Of a DNA stretch of 64,000 nucleotides, positions 57,859 through 64,000 are shown piece after piece. Position 1 is the stretch's first letter; each line of letters starts with the position of its first letter. The notes beneath the pieces were generated by a model, which was given only the letters and a program-made list of their open reading frames with translations, was not told the DNA's origin and did no database searches. The stretch spans positions 89,776,001 through 89,840,000 of the forward strand of contig OZ024746.1 of the NCBI GenBank assembly GCA_964016885.1. The letters run 5' to 3'. Source of the DNA: Eledone cirrhosa. Its lineage: Eukaryota. Position numbers and translations under genes: made by a program.

Positions 57859-59139
57859 ATGCAAGCGAAACAAAAGACTAGAATTTCTAGCGAGAAATGA
57901 TAGTATGAAATTGCAAACAACTTTATGCGCTCTATAGTATTTATCATTTTGACATTTTCCATTCCGTTGCGCACTATCAGTATTTCCTTGATTTTAAAAT
58001 TTATTTTAGAATTCTTTGTAGCTATGAATACGGATTTTTAAAATGCATTATGTTAGAATTACGAAAAGATGTTTCCGGTAACAGGTTAGATGCTCCCTGG
58101 AAAACAGCATTGACATGTTTGAAGGATACCCGATGCGGAACAAACAGCATGACACAGAAGAAGGATATTCCAGTAACATCTCTACATTGTTGTGAGTTAT
58201 TACCCAATCGATATCGTTAGATACGATGAACTGTAGGAAGTGCTTTTTCATTAGAATTATAACGTAATATTAATAGCATATACACCATTGGTTATTTGTG
58301 AGTAACATAATGCGTGTGTTCAATATCTCAATTGGATTTCAAAGAGTTGTATATATGCATGTTAATGCGAGTGTGTGTATGTGTCTGTGTGTGTGTGTAT
58401 ATATATATATATATACATCTCAGTCTGCCTCTGTGTGTGTGTGAGGGTGAGCGTGTATGTGTGTATACGTGCGTGTGTGGTTATTATTTCATTTATGCAT
58501 TAACTTCTTTTGGTTCTATAATATACACCCAGAAAGGATATTCTTATAGTATTGATTATTGATGTTCAATATATGAATCCCTATTGAAAGGAACTGATTG
58601 ATTCAGCTCTGATTTATATTGGGTATGACATGTTCCTATTGTATAATATACGTGTATACCAAGGAAATATTAATAACGTTATCTTCTGAAAAGCTCGTGG
58701 ATTGGAAATATATTAAAACGCCTATTATATCATACATTCAATTGTAAAGTTCCAAGATAGATGCAATTATAATTCTAAACAATTCCTATGTTACATGTGT
58801 GATATTTCAGTCACTGCATAATTCAATGCAAAACATTTAGGAATAATACCAATTTAGTATTGGTATTCTCAATAAGTTATATTATCGTATCTTTGAATGA
58901 ACTTTTATGAAAGCCGAAAAAATATTTAAGACAAGAATCAATGTATTTTGATTGCTGCGAAATATTTACCTGATATATTCTAAGGTAAAAGTTTCATAAT
59001 ACAACAAGTGGCAGTTGTTCTATTTAGTTAAATATTACTAGTAATACGTGTAATGCCGCTTACATTGTATTTTAGTTAAATATTACGACTCAAATACACA
59101 CATAGAGGCAAATTTACTCGCACGCACACACACACACAT

Positions 59140-60153
59140 GATCTTTAGACAATATAATCTTTCTCTATAATTAGACAAATCAATAATAAACTTTTTTAAG
59201 TTTAATTATAAGGCCTTTTGATGCTTTAAGGCATTCTAATTGTTAATCGAAATTTTTAAAATGATATCTTCAATATAATATAAATAATAAAATTATTAAG
59301 ATTTACCTTCGAGAGGATGGAAAATTGCATGTTTTCTCTCTCATGTTTGCAAATAGTTTAAATATGAATTCATAAAATATGATTTTATGAATTAAATATG
59401 ATATTATACTTCAATAGTAATATTTATAAACTTTTGTAGCCTGAAATATTATGCACTTTAATTAATTCATTACTCTGAACTAACTTAAATGATTTTAAGT
59501 TAACGGTCAACCGGACTCATTTGGATAGTATATATAACTATTTAACCGAAGAAATTAACCCTTATTGATTACACCCAGTTATATTTAGGATTTAGATTGA
59601 TGAATATTTCTAGATAATTCAATAATTCAATGATTTGTGTTTACTCTATCGCATACCTAATCCCAAATGTATAGTTGTGTATGGATATATAGCATACATA
59701 ATTATAAATCCCTCCCTATAATTATAATTATTCCTCTTTGTCTCCCTTTCCTTATCAATGCTCCTTTGTTCTCTATACCTCTTCTAGTTATATTTTCCCC
59801 TCATATGTTTTCTCTCTGTCTTTTTTCTTTCCTCTTTCTTCAATACTTATTTGAATCTCTAACATTTATTTAAATTATTGCTATGTATGTTTAAGCTTTC
59901 TTACACGCACTCTCTGTATTATATGTGTTATATGGTAGTTTTTTCATGTATCAATCTTAAGGTATATAAATATTGAGTTTTATCATATCTTACCATCACT
60001 GGATCTTAACCATCTACTAAGTCAGGGTATGTCATGCATCATCTTATTTTATCTGATGAGGACGTACTGTTGAAGTTAGGTTAGTACCTCTGAAATATGT
60101 ATAATAAAATATACTTGATAACAATGAAGTTCTATTTTTGTTAATATTTTGAA

Positions 60154-60160
<7 letters not shown>
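59140..60160 (+). mobile_element. PLE 3' UTR remnant ending in an HHR (60045-60111)
   Basis: AT-rich, then pyrimidine-rich, then tattttat-CTGATGA-ggacgtact..agtacctct-GAAA-tatgta-TA-ataaaata; same layout as 11270-12700 and 32240-33780. Confidence 0.72.
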
Positions 60161-60189
<29 letters not shown>

Positions 60190-61000
60190 AAAGAATAGAG
60201 GTGTAACACAGGAGTTGTGATATATTAGTAAAAAGAAAAGAAATGCTGACAAATTTTTCCCAGTGAAAAATAGTTTAATTAGGAATAAGTAAAAATTAGT
60301 AATAAGTATTGGTTAGTGTTCAGTTTTAGTTTTAAGTGTTTACCGGTTGCGCATTTCTAATGCTTTTCAAAAATAATTTTGAGATAGAGCGCCCGTGATG
60401 TTTGCTCTATTGTGATCAGTTTTGGAAATTCTACCTGTTTTATGTGAAAAAAGTGGCTCCAGAGGTATTAAGATTTGGTTGGTTGTTGAATGTCACGTGA
60501 ATGATTACTATAAGTTTCGCGCCAATTCGTGTTGCAAAAATTCTTATAGTCAAAACAATTTTGATTGGTCGGTAGAGGTCACGTGAATGTTAAATAATGA
60601 TTTTTACGCCAAATGTAGGTTTGTCGAAGAGTGTCCCTTTTCGCCTGATTGAGAAGTCACTGAAAAATAAGTCTTTTAAGACAAATATGTGTGTGTGTGT
60701 GTGTGTGTAGTGAAGAGGTTCATTGATGTGATAATGGTCAGTAGGGACGTGTGTGTGAATTTCAGTCATGTTGAAAGGTCAACTGTTCAGGTGTCTATTA
60801 AGACAAATATGTGTGTGTGTGTGTGTGTAGCAGAGTGATTTGTGGTAGAGGGATTCGGTCAGTACGAATATGTCTGTACTTGTGTGGGGGATATTTTAAC
60901 ATGTTGAAAGATATTTTTCAGATCTTGTCTTATACGGAGAAGTGTGTGTGTGTATGTGTGTGTGTTTATGTCTGTTTGTATCTTAGTGTACACGTGTGCA

Positions 61001-61033
<33 letters not shown>

Positions 61034-61640
61034 ATGTGTGTATGTGTATGTGTGTGTGTGTGGGTGGACCAGTATTGTTGTGATACTTGTAAAAATGGTG
61101 TACATTATTCGATATTTTCAGTAATTTGCAAAAACGATTCTCTCAAAAGAACATCAAAAACATTAATAATAAAAGGGGTGAAATGATATATAGTATTGTC
61201 ATAACGCCAATGTGTGTGTGAGTGTCCAGATTGTACGTACTGCAAGGGGAATCCATTAGGCCCTGCCGTATGGGAATACTTGTGTACAAATATGTATGTG
61301 CCCTTCAGTGTGGAATGCATGTGTGCGTATATGTATGTGTGTGTGTCGGCACGTTTATATCTATAGACATCAAAAGGTATGCAAATTTGTGTATATTTGT
61401 GTTGCACCATAGAACATGTGTGTTTACGTATGCCATTGTGTTTATATGTGGATAGAGATGTATGTAGGACGTGAGATTCCTTACTGATGCGCTGGGTGAG
61501 GGTGGCATTATCTTTAAATTTGTAGAGGGGAAAGATTCTAAAGTTGGGATGATTTTGGGCGGCACAGGTATCAATGTGTTCACTCGGTGGTATTTTCCTG
61601 TATTCCCGTATTTTAATTTGGGATCTATGGACCGTCATCA
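60190..61640 (-). mobile_element. PLE 3' part (GIY-YIG C-terminus, UTR, degenerate U3-A8 HHR)
   Basis: MTVHRSQIKIREYRKIPPSEHIDTC..FRIFPLYK..RISKE; 60320-60620 is homologous to the 53040-53410 arm. Confidence 0.7.
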
Positions 61641-61879
61641 CAACTTCCGTAATCATTTTTTAGACATAGCACACAGACACAGGATTACCCTCCCCAAGTA
61701 TATATATATATTTTTTTACAACAACAGCAGTGCTCAACACAACCACACGTTACAACCCAACTTCAACAACCACCACAACTTCACACCCTATAACAACGTC
61801 CATCAAATCTATTCACTCTACAACAACATCAGCAGGGCTCAATACAACCACACGATACAACCTAAACTCAACAACCACC

Positions 61880-63945
61880 GTAACGCGAGTACATCTTGAG
61901 GTATATGGAGCTCTCATCAAGGAGATCTTTGAGTCTCCTTTCCCACCATACCATAAAAGGTTGGCAACGTCACCAGCCAAGCTAACGACAATGGCTTCTC
62001 CCTCATTTTCAGTGTAGATATTCTCTTTGAACTTGAATAAGTTGCGCTTTAGGGTAGTTTTGATACTAGCCCCTATTGTACGTGCGACCATTTTTCTGAC
62101 CTGATCATTGTCTTGGGGGGTCCGTATAACTTTGGTATACAATGGCAAAAGACCAATGGCAAAAAAGACTCCCATGGAAAGGTGGAATGGGTGGACCAAT
62201 GACGGAGCAGCCATTGGCGTCAGCATAGCTGCTGACGTTGCCAAACTTTTTATGGTATGGTGGCAAAGGAGACTCAAATATCTCCTTGATGAGAGCTCCA
62301 TAGACCTCATCATGTACTCTCGTTACGTAGACGACATCAATAAAGTAATAAGGACTTCCACACAAGAGAGCACTAACAAGTTTGATTTCGAACGTAGCAC
62401 AATTGAAAGCATCCAGCAGAAAGCTAATTCCATACACCAGAGTATAACTGTAACTATCGACTACCCTTCCAAACACCCTAACAATATACTACCTGTATTA
62501 GACACGGAACTCTGGATTAACACTATAGACGAGAGAGCCCAAATACTCCACTCACACTATGCTAAACCTATGGCCTCCAAATACCTGATACTCAAAAGCT
62601 CAGCAATGTCCAGTAGTGCTCAGTTTAATATTCTGACGCAGACTTGGTACGAGTGATAAAGAACGTATCCCGCATGTGCGACCCAACAGAAATGGTAAAA
62701 CACATCCAAAACTTCATCAACCGCATGCAGTTCTCTGGCTACAACCAAAGAGACAGAGTCAGAGTATACGAAGAAGCCACGGAGAAGTATAAGACCCTCA
62801 TAGAACTGGACATGAAAGGAATTTGCCCACTATACAGGAGCAAATCATGGAATAGCTTAGATTGGACTATACATAACATAAGGAAAGCCACCTCATGGTA
62901 CGACAAGCAGAGTTACCAGAGTGTCATGTTTCCCTGGAGGGAAATTAGCTAACCAGTGTAGAAAGGCCCTCAGAAAGACCCACTTAAAGATTAAGGTGGT
63001 AGAAAAGCCAGGAACCACCATAAAATCCCTGATCAGCAAATCCAACCCTTTGAAGAAAACACACAGTACTAATAGGAAATGTATCATATGTAAAGTAAAG
63101 TCCCGGATAAACAGTAAAACTAGAAACGTAGTCTATAGCATAAGATGTACAGAGGGTACTTGCAGAAACATGACAACAACATACATAGGCGAGACAGCTC
63201 GTAGCATAGGTGAAAGGATAGACCAACACTGGGGGGAACTAAAAGGATGAAAAAACGGTTCAGTACTATACGAACATGCCAGACAACAACATGACGGTAA
63301 CATAGACAACATAGAAATTAGAATAATATCTAAACAGAAATGACCCAGCAGATAGCCAAATCAGAGAGGCCAGCGAAATAGAATTTAGAAGGCCAAGGCT
63401 AAACAGAAAACATGAATGGAATAACAACAGCACCCAAACAAACAACACTGTCCTAAGAGAAGTATAAATAAATAAATAAATAAATACGCAAGCACAATAA
63501 CAACAAACACATATAAACACACTAGTAAACTAAGATATAATACATTAACCAATACACAGTCACCCAAACAAGAACACACATCAAACAAAACACTATAGAC
63601 ACACGCAAACGCATGCGCAAAGAAGACACACAAATAAACAAATAAATAAATAAATGAACAGACTAAATAAAGATGGCGTAGGCATACAATGCAACGTGAG
63701 GAAACATAATGGCCCACTGACGATGTTGAAGATGTGCAACGAAAGAATTTTGATAGACTATATGTGTTTGTGTCTATATTGTACCTGTATTTTTGACGTT
63801 GGTCAGTCAATGGCAACATTGAAGACCAAATAAATTAAGTTAACCGATATAAAAATACACAGAAGCGAAAACCAACCAAACAGTGAGTGTGTTCTGTTAT
63901 TAATTCTAGCAATATTATTACACAGATATGACCCTCCCCAAGTAT
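61880..63945 (+). mobile_element. Penelope element, frameshifted RT + GIY-YIG, with inverted 5' RT segment and HHR tail
   Basis: GAAIGVSIAADVAKLFM, YSRYVDDIN, LPVLDTELW, HYAKPMAS, NVVYSIRC..YIGETARSIGERIDQH; HHR-like CTGACGA..GAAA..TA at 63717-63755. Confidence 0.92.
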
Positions 63946-64000
63946 AACAATATTTGTTTCGATACACGAATTCATATCAAAAACCTCGCAAAACTAAGTC

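Noticed and set aside
59580-59670. Second SECIS candidate in a PLE UTR
   Set aside because: ATGA and TGAT are present but helix II pairing and AA spacing do not fit.

Overview
AT-rich, repeat-saturated eukaryotic DNA, most likely octopus, inferred from an octopus-type tRNA-derived SINE and the extreme (TA)n/(CA)n load. No host gene exon could be supported; nearly all ORF-track entries are microsatellite translations. The window is mostly decayed Penelope-like retroelements (PLEs), many Naiad-like, with RT and GIY-YIG remnants that end at (TA)n tracts. It also holds a maT/Tc1-mariner element with TIRs, a mariner remnant, R4/Dong-, CRE- and RTE-like LINE fragments and two SINE families. Reading both strands by eye reveals a hidden RNA layer. 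(i) About 35 complete or half type-I hammerhead ribozyme (HHR) motifs, including U3-A8 and U4C core variants and helix II expansions. (ii) Many head-to-head fold-backs centred in or next to the ribozyme. (iii) A near-palindromic GAGYRCTC box about 40-60 nt from the 3' end of otherwise dissimilar PLE tails. (iv) One Naiad-like copy with TGA at a conserved Cys codon and a SECIS-like hairpin downstream, suggesting a selenoprotein-encoding retroelement. All structures were assigned by hand; none were computed.
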